Shown here in pieces: positions 1-14,185 of a stretch of DNA of 64,000 nucleotides. The notes under the pieces were generated by a model. That model did no database searches. It saw only the letters and a program-made list of their open reading frames with translations, and was not told the origin of the DNA. This stretch comes from Amphiscolops sp. MND2022 (taxonomy: Eukaryota): NCBI GenBank assembly GCA_964187785.1, contig OZ076409.1, positions 3,908,001 to 3,972,000 of the forward strand. Reading direction: 5' to 3'. The first letter of the stretch is position 1. Each line of letters starts with the position of its first letter. A program made the translations under genes and the position numbers.

Positions 1-3000
1 AACACTGCCATTCATTTTCCAAAGGCCACACAGAGCATACAAAGCTAAAATAGTATAACATTTCAAACAGTCCAAAGCACATAAATCACAACGCTGACAT
101 GTAAATATAAAATCAATCAAATCTTTATACTTCCTCGAACCTTACTCTAACTAGATATAAACTTTAACACCCAACTCCGTTCTTTTTAACCTGACTCAAG
201 TTAAAAAATGCATTTTCGTCGAAACTCACGTAAGGAAAGAATAACTATACACATCTTGATGAAGACTCGACATACAACTTAATGTTGAATTATAAAATTC
301 ACACAACAAATAACTTTTCACAATCCCTCCTATTCTCCACAGTCTTTGAATCACCTCTTTTATCATATTAACATCATATTAAACGCGACTCAACGTTTTC
401 AAACAAATTCAGATATTCATTTTACATTTCATCGAACACTCTTCATAATAACTAATTTTGCTGTTAAATATATTTAAAACGTTCAAATCCCAGTCGGATG
501 ATATACCTATACTCTTGTATTCGATCATAACCCCCATCACCCATTGTATTCGGTCATAAGCCACATCACTCGCTTATTTAATGTCTAGACTTGAATTCTG
601 TCCCATGAACTTAAATGTATCTAGTTTAAATTCAAAATAATACCGTACCATTTGAAGCACTTATTTGATTTATATTCGTTCACACCTCTGATAAAGTCTT
701 CACCATCACGCTGTCACTGTTTTCTTAAGACATAATACTGCAGCTCTGATAGAGTCCTAAAGAAGTACTTCGTCTCTAATTGAATAACCATCTAAAACAA
801 CAAACAAGTACTTTAACTAATTGCAATTGTTGCTTTTGTTGTCGACAAATTGTTTCTAACTGAAATTCCTGCTACCATCATCTTTTTTGTTTCAGACAAA
901 CTTGCCGAAATTGTTTTCTTGATGCTCCTCATTTTTTTCACCCTCAACAGATTTTTTTTACTCGTTCGAAACATTTCCTTTTCCCTAAATCAATCACTCT
1001 CTAATCTTTTACTCTCCAATATCACCTACTTAAAACAAACCTCCACCAACCATACAAGTATCGTTGCTCATCTACAAATTTGCATCTTTCTTTTTCTCTT
1101 AGACTCTAGTCATACGAAGCACCAACATGGATTTTAACCAATACGTCTAGTATCAGTCTCTTCACAATATTCTTTCAATCACACTGCCTCTTATACTATC
1201 AATTTCTCCTCTTTGAAATCCACAGAACTCTTTATCATCTCTCTACTCGACAATCCATTCACCTCGACATAATAGTAGATAGACTTGGGTTATATTTCCA
1301 TCGCCGCTTTCATTCATATTGACAACTCAAACAAATTCTCTTCAAATCCCTAGACAATCTCATTTAAAATCCCACTGTTCCTCTTCCTTTTGAAACGTGT
1401 CACGAAGATCTTTACACCATACCTCTTATTCGTGAACATCATGACTCCTACTTTTACCTTTTCGATAGTCACTCTGTAACAGAAAAAACCAGATAAAGTT
1501 ACTTTTTCAATCCCTTTCACGTCTCCTCTTACTTCTGATGAAACCCTCAGAAACAATATTCACCCTCCCAAAATATACATACCCATTTCTAAAGTTTTCA
1601 TAACGTTTCCCAAAAACCTCTCTAAACAAAATAACCTCTTATTCCAACAGTTTTAATCCATCCGTCATACAGGCACTCCTCCACAAGGACCTTCGTTTTA
1701 ACCTCCCTTATTGACCTCCCTAATATTGAATTACTTCGAGCCACTGAAGATAACCCTCATCTTCGGCTTCAAAGAGATATCCTTCAAATTAATTATTTTC
1801 AATATCACTTTTTTCCAAAACCTTACATTAAACACAGCAACTAAAGAGCAAATCCAAATACACTCCGTTTTCCTTCAAATCTTTTTCAACACAACTTTCA
1901 ACTCCTTTGAGATTCAAAATTCCAACATGGTTGTCTTAATTTGCCCTCCCAGTTACCTCACGATGTTTGCCGCCCATTTATAGCTAATAACGAAAAGAAA
2001 CGCCCATACTTTTACAATCTCATCAACTTTTCAGTTGACCTTTTTATGTACCTCCGCTTTGATAACCTAATTGTTAATGAAAGTCTCAAACTTCCTCCTA
2101 CTGTGAGACCTTAGGAAACACTTATTCCTCAACCGCCATCTATCGACACTACCTCTGAAAGTTTTTTTTCAAACTATACCCTCTACTCCAAATGTTTTGA
2201 TACCTCTCTTTGCCATTGGCAATCCAGATCGCAATTTAGTTCCTCCACCTCCTTCCATCTTACAATCTCCCACAAGACTCATCCTTCCATATTCTCGTTA
2301 CCCCAACATCCCAGCTTTTTTCTATCTCTTCTTCCCTTCGATCCGTAGCTCCCCGGGTTCTTCCTCTATACCCCGTCAACTCCTCAATCTCTTCCAACTA
2401 TCACGCGTCCCATTTTCTTGTGCTATCACAACTCAATCTCATTCCACGTATCATTCAAACTTTTCAAATCCCCCTCTATTTTCTTTTACCTCATATCATC
2501 CGTTTCAACAAACTTTTCCTAATACATCCTTAGCCTCCAATACTCACAGCCTTCCTCTTCCGAGTTCCTATGATCCTTATGCATCTCTCCAACCTAAAGT
2601 TCATAACTCTCCTCAAATATATCTTCCACATCCTTTACCACCCAATCCTCTTTCATCTACTTCTTCAACATACTCTCTCATATCCTTCTATCTAAACTTT
2701 TGATGACCTGGATATTAAGTATCTTCCTGAAACGTGTCTAGATCACCTTACTGCTCGGGTAACATTTCAACTCGGACCTCAAGCTCTTGATATTCAATCA
2801 CCTTTTTCTTGGCACTCCAGACGTCTGTCACTCTTCTATTGTTCCCTTGCAGAAGCTGCCTCAAATTGATTTGGTTGTTTATAAGCATGGTGGGTCTTCT
2901 TTCCTCCAACGTTTCAAAAATCAATCAATTTCCCAACTACATGCTTGCCATGCTCAACTTGGGCAGTTTCAATTGTTAAAAAATAACAAAAATGTACGTC

Positions 3001-3980
3001 ACTATGCTCTAAAATATGTACCCCTTGTTATGCAAGGATGGTAAATGAATACCTTTTCTCTAATGTTCAGGAATGTAATGGAAATTGCACTCGTGGTATC
3101 CCTAAGAAAAAAGCTTGTTTTGCTAATAAACGTCAAGGTTAACATTTCTAGCTCCCTTGAACCATCAGTTCCATTTTATTCACTTGTCAATATGGTCATC
3201 ACTGAAGACATCACACTCGAAACAATCCAAACTCGAGAATTTTCTCTTGAATTTAACAACCTGTTCGAAACACTTCAAAAAAACGCTCCATTGTATAAAC
3301 ATCTTCTGATTCTCCTCAAATACATGCTATGCACCCTAACAAGAAACCTAAACCTCAATTTAAAAACTATCGTTTCTTTTGTAACAAAAACAACTTTTCA
3401 TTATCTACTTGCTATCGTTGTCTAAATAAATTTAGCGAATCTAAATCTCAATCTGAATAGCCTACACCTTTTTTTATCAGCATTTCAAAACACCGAACGG
3501 TATGTCAAATAATTACTCATCTCGTTACCGTAGTCGAGGCTTCAGTAATACTTATCGTAAACCCTCGAGGAATTCCCAAAACTCATGTCGTTTTCCTTCA
3601 CGTTTTAATTGTCTTCATTGATAAAACGACAGAAACAGACCACAATGTCACTCTTCAATTCAGATAAAAACAGAACTCGTTATGATCAATATTATACATC
3701 TTTTTAAAATATCAAAATTCACGCCCATACTTCATTACAATTCTTCTCACAGTCGCCACAGATACTAGCCACGTTTTCGTGAACGCTCCTCTGGTTATAA
3801 CAATTCTTCTTTCAGACGATATAGATCACCATTCCGCCCACCTTCAAAACTACGTCCAGATCGCTTTAGAAGTCGATCTCCCTCAAGCTCAAAACCCAAA
3901 CCAAATCATCTTCATGGACCTACTAAAAACTCCACTCATCCACTCAACATACACTTTCACCTCCACATGAACAATCCTCT
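1..3980 (+). mobile_element. Degenerate Ty3/Gypsy-type LTR retrotransposon remnant (5' region + gag), copy A
   Basis: Homologous by eye to 18885-19740 and 22481-25900 (e.g. 600-820 vs 18950-19165 and 22540-22775; 1300-2150 vs 23960-24720). Gag-like Pro-rich segment, decayed zinc knuckle at ~3370-3415 (FFCNKNNFSLSTCY) and Arg/Ser-rich tail. Many stops and frameshifts; boundaries approximate. Confidence 0.6.
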
Positions 3981-3984
3981 CCGA

Positions 3985-5763
3985 GCATAGCAGACGTCTT
4001 TTTTCACCATGAGCGCTGAAACGAAGACCACGTTTGGTTATTTTTGTTCCGTTTTTATCAGACAAGCTAGTAGTGTGTGTGCAGTCAAAAAAGTTAATTT
4101 CCTGAGTAAATGTACCACAACTCGCAATCTGAAACAGGCATTGGTCCCAATTATTTTGATGTTGCTTGGAATTCAGCCTCTTTGCCCTTTCTGCACAAAC
4201 GACTGTTACAAAAATTTGAATAACTTTTTCAGCAAAACGGAACCTGCAAAACATAATAATTCAAGTCTTGGTTAGTAAGTTTGAGACCAATCTACATGTT
4301 GCAGGTGCTCATGCACAAATGTATTCCAGGGGTTCAAACGACAACAATTCAACAAGAAAACTGCAAAGTCGCATCTGTCTGAGAAACCAGTGCAACTTCA
4401 GTTGGGCGTGACTTGGACTTCTCATCGTGCAGATGGTTTCATTGGCGGCTTTGAGATTTCGATTTGCTCTGACTTGACACCCTGTTTGTTGGACGGAAAA
4501 ACTACTTGCTTGGTTCACTTGTCTCCTCTACTTTGCGATTCAGGCTGGCTTTTATAGTGTTTTATCAGATAGAAACAGAGCCAGCTAGCACTTCAATCCA
4601 GAACACTCTTTTTTCAAAAAGTTAAATTTCCTCTCATGCAATTATTGAGTCCATCACAAACTGGCAAAACGATTTTGATGTTGCAGTTATTTTCTGTGAT
4701 GAAAAAGATGAATTTCAGACACCCTGTTCTGTTTCTCGGAAAACCAATTTCCGTTGCCTCCTGTAAGAAAGATTCTGGTTGTTTGTTGACTGAAAAATGT
4801 GTACCTATCGAAAGCAAACTCCCGCGACCGACAACACCTATCGAAACAAAGGCTGACAGAACATTCAGTTCGAACTCAAACGTCTTTCAACGAAAACGAG
4901 GACGACAATTTCGTTGTACGAGTTTCAGTTGCTTACTGTGGACAATTTAGTAACACGTTGTGAGGGAAACACGTCTGTGTTTTGAGAACGAAAAATTCGA
5001 AATACTTCACACGAATCTTGTAATGCGAGAGAATTCAAAGACACATGCAGGAATTGGGCGCAAGGATATGAATCCGAAGCAATCCAGAGAAAGGTATAAA
5101 CAGGGAGATTTCTCAGTGCCGAATAGATCAAAAACAAGCCAGTGGCTGACTTTTGAAATGAACACACTTCGGAGATGGGGTTAACGACCGACTCTGTTCG
5201 TACAACTGTTTAAAAAGTGTGGAGAGTAGTAAAATAGAAATCTTTATCCAGAACAGCCAGACAGTTGAACATATTAATATTTGCAGGATAAAACATCAAA
5301 AATTAGCCAATTTTTACAAATAAAAACTAACAACGTATAAATCGATGAGCAAGTTTTTTCAGTGAAAAAATTTGTCATAAAGAAGAAATCACTGATATGG
5401 TACTATTTTTGTTAAATACAAAACAAGTGAAAACACAGAATTTTTCCGGTGAAAATATTCTTGAAAAATGACTCATTTATCATTCAATGATTTTGATGAC
5501 ATTTATGGATTAAAAGATGAAGCAACCTCTAGTGTGAAATAAAAAGAAATCTTTAATGAATTAAGTCTTCAAGCTGTAATATATATGCGAGATGATTCTT
5601 TTATCGCTAATAGTGGCATAGTTAACTTACTTGAAACTAAAGGAGCACACTGGTTTTGTTTGCTGATGCGATTTATACTAATTCAAATGGCTGTCCACAT
5701 CCAATAAATGTAGTAAGTCAAAATAATATAGGTATTTATTCAGAATATCAAATTCAGAAAAAT
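3985..5763 (+). mobile_element. Polinton/Maverick-like (adintovirus-type) remnant, unit 1, left part (continues 14186-14890 and 18668-18884)
   Basis: Collinear with 19741-22480 (ctcgcaa.ctgaaacaggca at 4122 and 19741). Ends in the 5' half of an adenain-like protease. Confidence 0.65.
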
Positions 5764-6708
5764 TGTAACGGCTGCTTGCCTTTATCCTGCGCTGAGGCTT
5801 GACAAACTTTACGCCGCCCTGATCCGTTGCTTAGTACTGTGGACCGTTACTAAACATATCCTGGTTTCTTGTTTTAAAGGTCTGTATCTTTGACTGGTGG
5901 GTCCGATGTGACCCGTGGAATCTGCAGCGATTCCTCTTTGCACTGATTTGGAGCCGATGTGATCCGTAACACACTTCCCTCACAGTATCTTCACGCGCTC
6001 CGGCTCTCCAACTATGAGAGTAGCTACTTAGTCGCTCTAACTCTAGCGAAAAGTTGTGAAGATTGAGAAGTTGAATAATTAGTCTCGCGGTCTTGAGACC
6101 CAACTTGACTATAGCTATTTACTGGAGAAAATCTCTATCTAATAATGGTAGAATTGTGTTTGACAATTCTACAGTAAATATAAGCAAATATCAGTTGAAA
6201 TATGTTGTATAAATAAATGACATTTAAAGCGTAGAATGAAGTTATTGGCTGAGTAAACAACTATGTGGTGGTTTTGGCATGTTGGTTAGGTGGGCTAGAA
6301 AGTATGTTTACACAATGTAAATATAATAAATGTCAACGGAGTTACATTTCCTTTAAGGTCAAATGAGAAAATAACATAATTATTAATACATCAAAATTGG
6401 GTTTTCATGGGGCCCGACTTAGGTCACTTTGGGTGGTAATTGCTCGGTACCCAGGGGAGAAACGAGGTCAAGTGTAGGAAGTGAAAAGTTGAGTTAGCAT
6501 CTCTAGTATATACATGCTAAGTTTCAGGGTCATTGGACAAGTGATTCGCAAAAAGGGGGGTGGTGTTTTTTTACACACGGCAAATTTTGCTAGAAGTTGC
6601 AATTCCCCAACCAAACTCTTGATCAACTTTCTAAGAGTTTTGAGTTCTAAGTTTCATCAGTCACGTTCGAATTTGAGTTTCTGATCTCGCAATTGACTGG
6701 CGCCAACA
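5764..6708 (-). repeat. BEL/Pao 3' LTR
   Basis: On the minus strand reads TGTTGGCGCC...CCGTTACA. Preceded by purine-rich PPT-like GAAAAACAGGGCCGGCAA (6709-6726). Direct repeat of 13257-14185. Confidence 0.93.
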
Positions 6709-6709
6709 T

Positions 6710-9700
6710 TGCCGGCCCTGTTTTTCTCCTGAAAAACACTTTTGTAGAACATGGGTGCCAGTTTCACTACTTGTCGTTTCAGTTTTTCATCTTCAGTTTT
6801 CACCAGCGCTGATCTCACTCTCCCATCGCTTCCATGATAGATTTATAACACTGTACCCAGCTTGTAAGGTGCTCTTTTTACAATTTCATCCACTATCCAA
6901 AGCAAATCATTGACTTCCAGTTGTCGAACTTCTTCTTTATTCCATTTAGATCTCTCATTCCTTTGTGTTAAATATTCTCCACTCCATCTGCTCCAAATCT
7001 TGTCTCGGTATGCTTGTGATACTCTGAATACTTTTTTCAGATCGGTATATCGCTGAGCGTCAGAAATAAATGGGGTTGCTGGACTTGCACATCCTAGCAG
7101 GAAGTGATTTGGAGTCAAAGCTTCCAAATCTTTAGGATCATCACTGACACTAGTCAGAGGTCTCGAATTCAAAATCTGCTCCACTAGACACATTGTTGTG
7201 GATAATACATCATCTGCCAGCGTTCGGTTTCCCACTATTGCCATCATAGCTTTCTTGCAGCTTCTGACCATTCGCTCCCAGATACCTCCAAAATGCGGCG
7301 CACCTGGAGGCTTAAACTTCCATTGTTTTTGCTTTTACTGCTCAAAATCTGATTGATGCCAAGCTTCTATCCATTCTCGCATTTCTCTAGCTGCAAATCT
7401 TGTTCCATTATCACTTAGAATGATTATCGGTTTTCCTCTTCGAGCGATGAATTTCGTAATTGCAGCAAGACATGCGTGGGCTTCCATGCTGGGCACGACT
7501 TCCTTATGCACAGCTCTTGTTGTTAAACACATTAACGGACAACACCATCGTTTCATTGATTTCCTCATGAATTTCACTTCGAATGAGTATTTTTAGTAGT
7601 CTATTCGAAAGTAGTCTATTTAGGTATTGGCAAAAGGGAAAACTCGTTCTTCCAACCTTTCTTTAGGTAGGTCTGCCATGAAAGGTTGAACTCCTCCAAC
7701 TTGTTGCTTTCTGCATTTGACACACTTCCACTTCACATTTCTGAGCGCGTTTCGGAGTCCAGTTATCCAATAATTTTGCTGCAAAAAGCTGTGGACATAC
7801 TCCGCTCCTTCATGGTAGTTACTTTCATGCGCATCTTCAATCAATTTCCTCAATATCAGATGCTTCGCAGATAGCAACATTGGATGTTTCATTTCATAAC
7901 TTGCATCAGCATGCTGTAGTCGTCCTTTTAATCGCATTAGGTTCTTGTCGTCCATAAATGGTGACAGTTTGTTCAAGTGATCAGATGCAGCCATGGGTTT
8001 ACCTGCGGCAAATGCTTGATAAGTTTGACCGAAGCTTTCTATCTGGCTCTTCCTCAGTAACAGTCTGATCACCTGCTGGATTTCTTCTGCCTTTACTACA
8101 CTACCTTTAATTTTTGAACTGAATCGAAGGCAATATACGAAGATCCGGGTTATTCGTCTGAACGAACCGAACTTCTCCCAATCAATGTCCTTTTCTTCTG
8201 ACACGACTTCAAAGACTTGTTCTATGTCTTCTGTTTCTTGCTGAAACAACTGTGGTGAGGTTTGTGGCCAATCATCTTCTTTCTGTCGAAGCCATGCCGG
8301 CACTGAGAACCACTCACTCTTTTCTAGTTCAAGAACAGATTTTCTTCTTGTTCCAATGTCGGCCGTTTGGTCAATTTCAACGTCGTCGTGTTCATCTACG
8401 ATCAGTTGTTTCAATCGGGGTCCATACATAGCTGCTTGAAGCTCTAGTCTTGGTATTGATTGTTGCTTCATTGGCGCTACGTGGCATTTCCCTACCACAT
8501 ATGCGAGCTCTCCAGTTTGTTGACCTCAAAAGTAAGCAACTATGCACATGACATCCAGGGATGCATCGGCGAAAGTATGCAAGTCCACTACTTCAGCATT
8601 TTTCGATAAATACTTTCTTTTGATTGTCATTTCATTCATGTGACTTAACTCCGATGCCCAATCCTTGAATGCTATCTCGTCTTCTGGAGATAACTCTTCG
8701 TCCCAGGATTGCCCATGCTTCTTCCAAATTCCTTTGACCAACAATCTCATTCTCACTGTGATTGGGGAAATCAATCCCAACGGGTCAAACACAGAGGATA
8801 CGTGAGATAAAACAATTCTCTGAGTGATCTTGGCAGGCACCTCTTTTCCCATACCGCGGCAAGTCTCAAGACTGTCTGACTACACACTCCACTGGAGTCC
8901 CAAGATAGAGGGTGCTAAGGGTTCGGCTCCGAATGTTTTACTGAGCGAGACTGATCTATCTTCCGGGGATATTTCTTCCATCACTTTCTCGGAGTTGCAA
9001 ATCCATTTCGTTAGTTGAAAGCCACGGTCCGCTAAGGATTTCCGCAAGCATTAGTACACTTCCACATCTTCTTCCTCTGAAGCTACTGAGTTCACAAAAT
9101 CGTCCATGCAGAAACTTCTGTTGATCAATTTTGCAACCATCCCGTTTTCATCTCTTTAGTCTCGTCCGACTTGTTGCAAAGCATAGTTGACACATGTTGG
9201 CGAACTGTTAGCTCCAAAAATGTGTCTTCCATCTTCATACACAGATATAGGGTCAGTGTGGTTTTCTCTCCACAAAAATCTCAGTACTTTGCAGTCAGTA
9301 GGAGGTACTTTCACTTGGAGAAACATCGCTTCGACATCTGCTGTCTAGGCAATTTGTTTCTCTCTGAATCTGAAGATAATTCCTTTCAGCGATTGTAGGA
9401 GGTCTGGACCGGCCATCAAGTTATCATTTAGTGAAACAACTCCGAACTTTGAGGCAGCGTTGCATACTCGTCTCACTTTGTCTGGCTTGTTCGGGTTCAG
9501 CACAGGGAGATGCGGAACGTACCACTGAAGGTCTGATTTAGTGTTTTCAAGCTCGGCTTCATCTAGAATTATTACAAACCCCGTTTGTACGTCCACATCA
9601 ATTATCTCTTCGTAGCGTTGTTTCAAGTTCGCATCCTTTTCCAGTCGGCGCTCGAGAGACTTCAATTGACTTACGGCTGAACTGTAATTGTTTGGCAAAT

Positions 9701-12700
9701 GCGGCTTTGAATTTTTCCAAAGTAGTCCGACCTCATACCTCTCTCCATCGAACTTTGTGGTTACCTTGAGCATTTTGAGGGCCTTGTCGTCCTCGTTGGA
9801 CCTTCCGGATACGCTGCAGTTGGAAGCATACGATTCCATGCTCCACCAAGACTTCACTTGATCCGCTAATGGGTCCACTTCGGCTGCAACTAGACTTTCA
9901 GTTGCGAGTTTCGCTGTTTCTTGTTGAGGCAATGGTCCACTGAGCATCCATCCCAGCTTCGTTCGCACTGCCCAGGGCTTTGCGTTTCCACACTTTCTAT
10001 AGTCAGTTGCTCTATGCAGATGATAACAATCTTGGCCTAAGGTGACTTTGACATCTTTCAGATTGATGGTTGTGTCTTTCAAAACTGACAGGTGAGGATA
10101 TGTTTCTTTCATTTTCTTGAGGTTGTACGTTCGATGTCCGGCATTCACGTCGGGATGACTATAGGCCATTATATCTTCTTTGACCTTTCCGTCTCGCGAT
10201 CTCCAATCTTGACTCGAAGTCGTTTGCTACTAATATCTGATGTTCCATGAATACCTGCAACATTCAGATCCACTGGCTGTCCCGTCAGATTTAGCGCTTT
10301 TATCAGGCTCTCGTCTAAAAAGGACAGGCTGGCTCCAGTGTCACACAAAGCGAACGTTTTCAGAGTTTAGTTCCCACTTCCTATCGTTACTAGAATGACG
10401 GGAAGCACACCACCTGCTTCTCATTGAGGATAGGTTGGAGACCTCATTGACATTTTCAACATTTTTCTTTTGTTCCACGTCCTTGGATGGTCTGTGTAGC
10501 AATCTGTGATGGGGTTTTCCGCAACAACTTACGTCGCAGAGTCTACCAGAGCAATTTCTCATCTCATGCGCGTCTGACAAGCATTTGAAGCACAGCATCA
10601 GTTCTTTCGCCTTTTGTCCTCTTTCTAGACGTTCATCTTCTTGAACTTTTCGCATTTCCAAATTGGATGCTTGCCGTCTTTCAAAACCCACTCTCTCTGG
10701 TTCTTCGAGTTGTCACTGGCTGTGTTTGTTGCTGATGTTGCAAACGTGGAACCTTTTGCCTTTTCTTTGTAGGTCGACTTCGCGCGATCAGCATACGGGT
10801 TTGAAGACAAAAGCAATTCATCTGGAACATCTGCCATATCAATGAGCCACTCACTGAATACAGCGAGTCCAGGTTGATACAGGTTCATTTGCTTCACATA
10901 AGTGAGCCACTTCAATTTCATGTCTAGCGTTAACTTCCTTGTGGCATTACCCAGAACTCCTTCTGAGTTTAAGTCTCTCACGTAGTTGAATTGTGTCAGA
11001 ACATTCACGCAACTCGACACTATTCTCGCAAACTTGATCAATGCTGCTCCGTCATACGGTTTCATCGGTGGAAAGGAGTAAATTCGCTTCAGCTGAGCAT
11101 TCAAAACCATCTGCGGTTTTCCAAAGTTTCAAACTAGAACGTTCTACGCCACATTGTACATCTCAGCGGTGTACCCAAGGCCAGCAATCGCCTCTTTGGC
11201 TTTGCCCGTTACCATCGTCTTTAGGTGATTCATCTTTACACTGTCGTCTATATTTGCTGCGTGGACGGTTGCTTGAAATAGTTGTGACCACTCTGGCCAC
11301 TCCAACGGGTCTCCTGAGAATTCTGCCAACTTCAGTTTTGGCAAGCTAGATCTGATGAAATACTCATCTCTCGCATTTGACACTATGTTTGGCCCTTGAC
11401 TAGGCAAATACTGCTTCTGTGTGTTCGCAAGCTCTGGGACTTGATATGCACCACTCGGAATGCCTCCAAACGTAGGTGGTAACCGATTCTGTTCTGCACC
11501 GAGAGTCATCGACGGCTTCGAAGAGGCGAATTTCACTTCTGGTTGTGCTGTTGCTCTTTGACTGCCAACATCTATGACAGTCTTCGTTCTGTCCTTTCCA
11601 ATATCTCGCACAGCGGCTTCTGTGGACATGACCGGTTTCGATGAGGACTTCAAGTCCCTCATTTTTGCGGAGCATTGTTCTCCATGAGTTGATTGTACTG
11701 TAATCACTGGTGCTGAGACGGACGTTTGCTGGTGTACAAATGGCACGTTAATCGACGATGCCACGTTTTCAGTTCCTTCTGTCTTGTCCATCCATCCTGA
11801 GACTTTCGTCAGATTGTCATCTGGAGTCCCGACTGGTGAGATACTTCGGAAGCTAGACCCACCACTACTCGACACTTGCGCCATTTGTAGTTCCTTTTCA
11901 GCAATTTTGGCTTTGCGGGCCATCTCCTCTTGCAAGCCAACCATCTCATTTTCCAAGCTAGCTATCTTAACTTCGTTTGCTTCACGTCTCAGTTTCTCTA
12001 GGCGGGTTTGAAGTTCTTCTTGCTCTTTCAAACTTTTAACTCCAAATCGAGAACTCGTCTTGCACTTGATGTTTTTGAAATCACAGACGTTTTGTTACTT
12101 TTGGTCCTTTTACTTCGCGAATGTATGCTCAATTTTTCTATTGGCAATGATCTAGCACCTTTTTTTCCGCTCTTGGCTGTCATACGAGTTATGACCATTG
12201 TCTTCGTTGTGCTCATCGTCTGGTTGTGGCTCCTTTACAACTGAAGTGTCGCGGCACTTTAGTTGTTGCTCTTTCCAATTCACATGGGCACGGAATATTC
12301 CTTCCATGCGGTGCAGTTCACGGTGGATCGAAGTATCTCCACCAGGTTTCAACATCCCATTCTTTTCAACCAAAATTTCAGCTCTCCTTTTGAGAGTTTC
12401 TTCATTGCTTTCAAGCAAAGCTTTGTAATCCTCTGAATTGCAAAACGCATCTCGATTCTTTTCGACTTCATCTTCGTTTTTCTCAATCATTTCATCAAAT
12501 TTCGCTTTGGACTTTTGAAGCTGTAGGAACTCCTTCAACAGTCCTTCATATTTCAGGCTTCGCATCATTGTGATCATCTGACCAATGTTTTTGCTTCTTC
12601 TTTCCCAGGACGATAATTCATCACGATACCTGGATAACCTGTCGCTTTTATTATTTGTCCATTCTGGCTGATACTTGGCTTTCAAGAGCAATTTGCTCGC

Positions 12701-12925
12701 TTCGAATAGTTTCTCCAATCTGGTCAGTAGATCTTGCCGGTTAGGCAGAAGATCTGCAAGGTGCTCTTTTTTCACGTTGTCTTTGCGCAACTCAGCAGGT
12801 ATTGTATCCACTTTTGCCTCAAACTTTTGAATTGCTTTCATGTTGCTCTCCCATTTTGGCCTGTCCATAGAACTCTTCAAATGACTGTCAATTTTTTTGT
12901 AATCAATTCTCTTTGGTTCAGCCAT
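6710..12925 (-). pseudogene. BEL/Pao gag-pol polyprotein, frameshifted
   Basis: Gag PKLKLAEFSGDPLEWPEWSQLF (DUF1759-like); knuckles CFKCLSDAHEMRNC and CDVSCCGKPHHRLLH; protease ALCDTGAS (~10330); RT PHLPVLNPNKPDKVRRVCNAAS, SLNDNLMAGPDLL and MDD (~9105); RNase H LHTFADAS and SIPRLELQAA; integrase HEG..CVKC, SDNG, LNSRPL, LTPNHFL. Confidence 0.93.
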
Positions 12926-12965
12926 CTCTTCTCTTTTTGATCGAACTCAATTCCCAAAGTCTCAA

Positions 12966-13130
12966 TAGCCAATCTCCCAGAGACACAGTTGCCCAATCTC
13001 CCAGAGACACAGTAGCCCAATCTCCCAGAGACACAGTAGCCCAATCTCCCAGAGACACAGTAGCCTAATCTCCCAGAGACACAGTAGCCCAATCTCCCAG
13101 ATACACAGTAGCTCAAACTCCCAGAGACAC
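12966..13130. repeat. 24-bp tandem repeat (~7 copies) in the BEL 5' leader
   Basis: Unit gcccaatctcccagagacacagta. Confidence 0.9.
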
Positions 13131-13236
13131 AAAAACAGAGACTCCAAGATTCAGACACTTGTTCTTCTTGGGCAATCTTCTCAGTTGTCCACCAACGAGT
13201 CGTCTTTTTCTAGTCCGGGTCGTCCACCAACAAGTT

Positions 13237-13254
13237 TTCCGGGTCGGCGGACCA
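13237..13254 (-). promoter_or_regulatory. BEL primer-binding site
   Basis: TGGTCCGCCGACCCGGAA starts 2 nt after the LTR end (..TACA tt TGG). TGG pairs with tRNA CCA; the tRNA was not identified. Confidence 0.75.
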
Positions 13255-13256
13255 AA

Positions 13257-14185
13257 TGTAACGGCTGCTTGCCCTTATCCTGCCCTGAGGCTTGACAAAC
13301 TTTACGCCGCCCTGATCCGTTGCTTCGTACTGTGTACCGTTACTAAACAAATCCTGGTTTCTTGTTTTAAAGGACTGTATCTTTGACTGGTTGGTCCGAT
13401 GTGACCCGTGGAATCTCCAGCAATTCCTCTTTGCACTGATTTGGATCCGATGTGATCCGTAAAACACTTCCCTCACAGTATCTTCACGCGCTCCGGCTCT
13501 CCAACTATGAGAGTAGCTACTTAGTCGCTCTAACTCTAGCGAACAGTTGTGAAGATTGAGAAGTTGATTAATTAGTCTCGCGGTCCTGAGACCCAACTTG
13601 ACTATAGCTATTCAGTGGAGAAAATCTCTATCTAATAATGGTACAAATGTGGTTTACAATTCTACAGTAAATATAAGAAAATATCAGTTGAAATATGTTG
13701 TATAAATAAATGACATTTAAAGCGTAGAATGAAGTTATTGGCTAAGTAAACAACTATATGGTGGTTTTGGCATGTTGGTTAGGTAGGCTAGAAAGTATGT
13801 TTACACAATTTAAATATAATAAATGTCAACGGAGTTACATTTCCTTCACGGTCAAATGAGAAAATAACATAACTATCAATACATCAAAACTGGGTTTTCA
13901 TGGGGTCCGACCTAGGTCACTTTGGGAGTTAATTGCTCGGAACCCAGGGGCGATACGATGTCAAGTGTGCGGAGTGAAAAGTTGAGTTAGCACCTCTAGT
14001 ATATACATGCTAAGTTTCAGGGTCATTGAACAAGTGCTTCGCAAAAACGGGGGGTGTTTTTTTACACACGGCCAATTTCGCTAGAAGTTGCAATTTCCCA
14101 ACCAAACTCTTGATCAATTTTTTAAGAGTTTTGGGTTCTAAGTTTCATCAGTCACGTTCGAATTTGAGTTTCTGATCTCGCAATT
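13257..14185 (-). repeat. BEL/Pao 5' LTR (outer ~14 bp missing)
   Basis: Matches 5764-6694; the terminal gactggcgccaaca of the other LTR is absent. Confidence 0.92.

Larger units (their letters stand above)
5764..14185 (-). mobile_element. BEL/Pao LTR retrotransposon, near full length, decayed
   Basis: Two highly similar ~0.93-0.95 kb LTRs, PBS, PPT, and gag-pol domains in BEL order (Gag, zinc knuckles, protease, RT, RNase H, integrase). Probable degraded 5-bp TSD aaaat/taaat. Confidence 0.95.

Noticed and set aside
4636..4700. Walker-A-like SPSQTGKT as a Polinton packaging ATPase
   Set aside because: First Gly missing, no Walker B found, and frameshifted in unit 2.
5831..6103. ORF in the BEL LTR (also 13210-13596)
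   Set aside because: Repeats only because the LTR is duplicated; no coding evidence.
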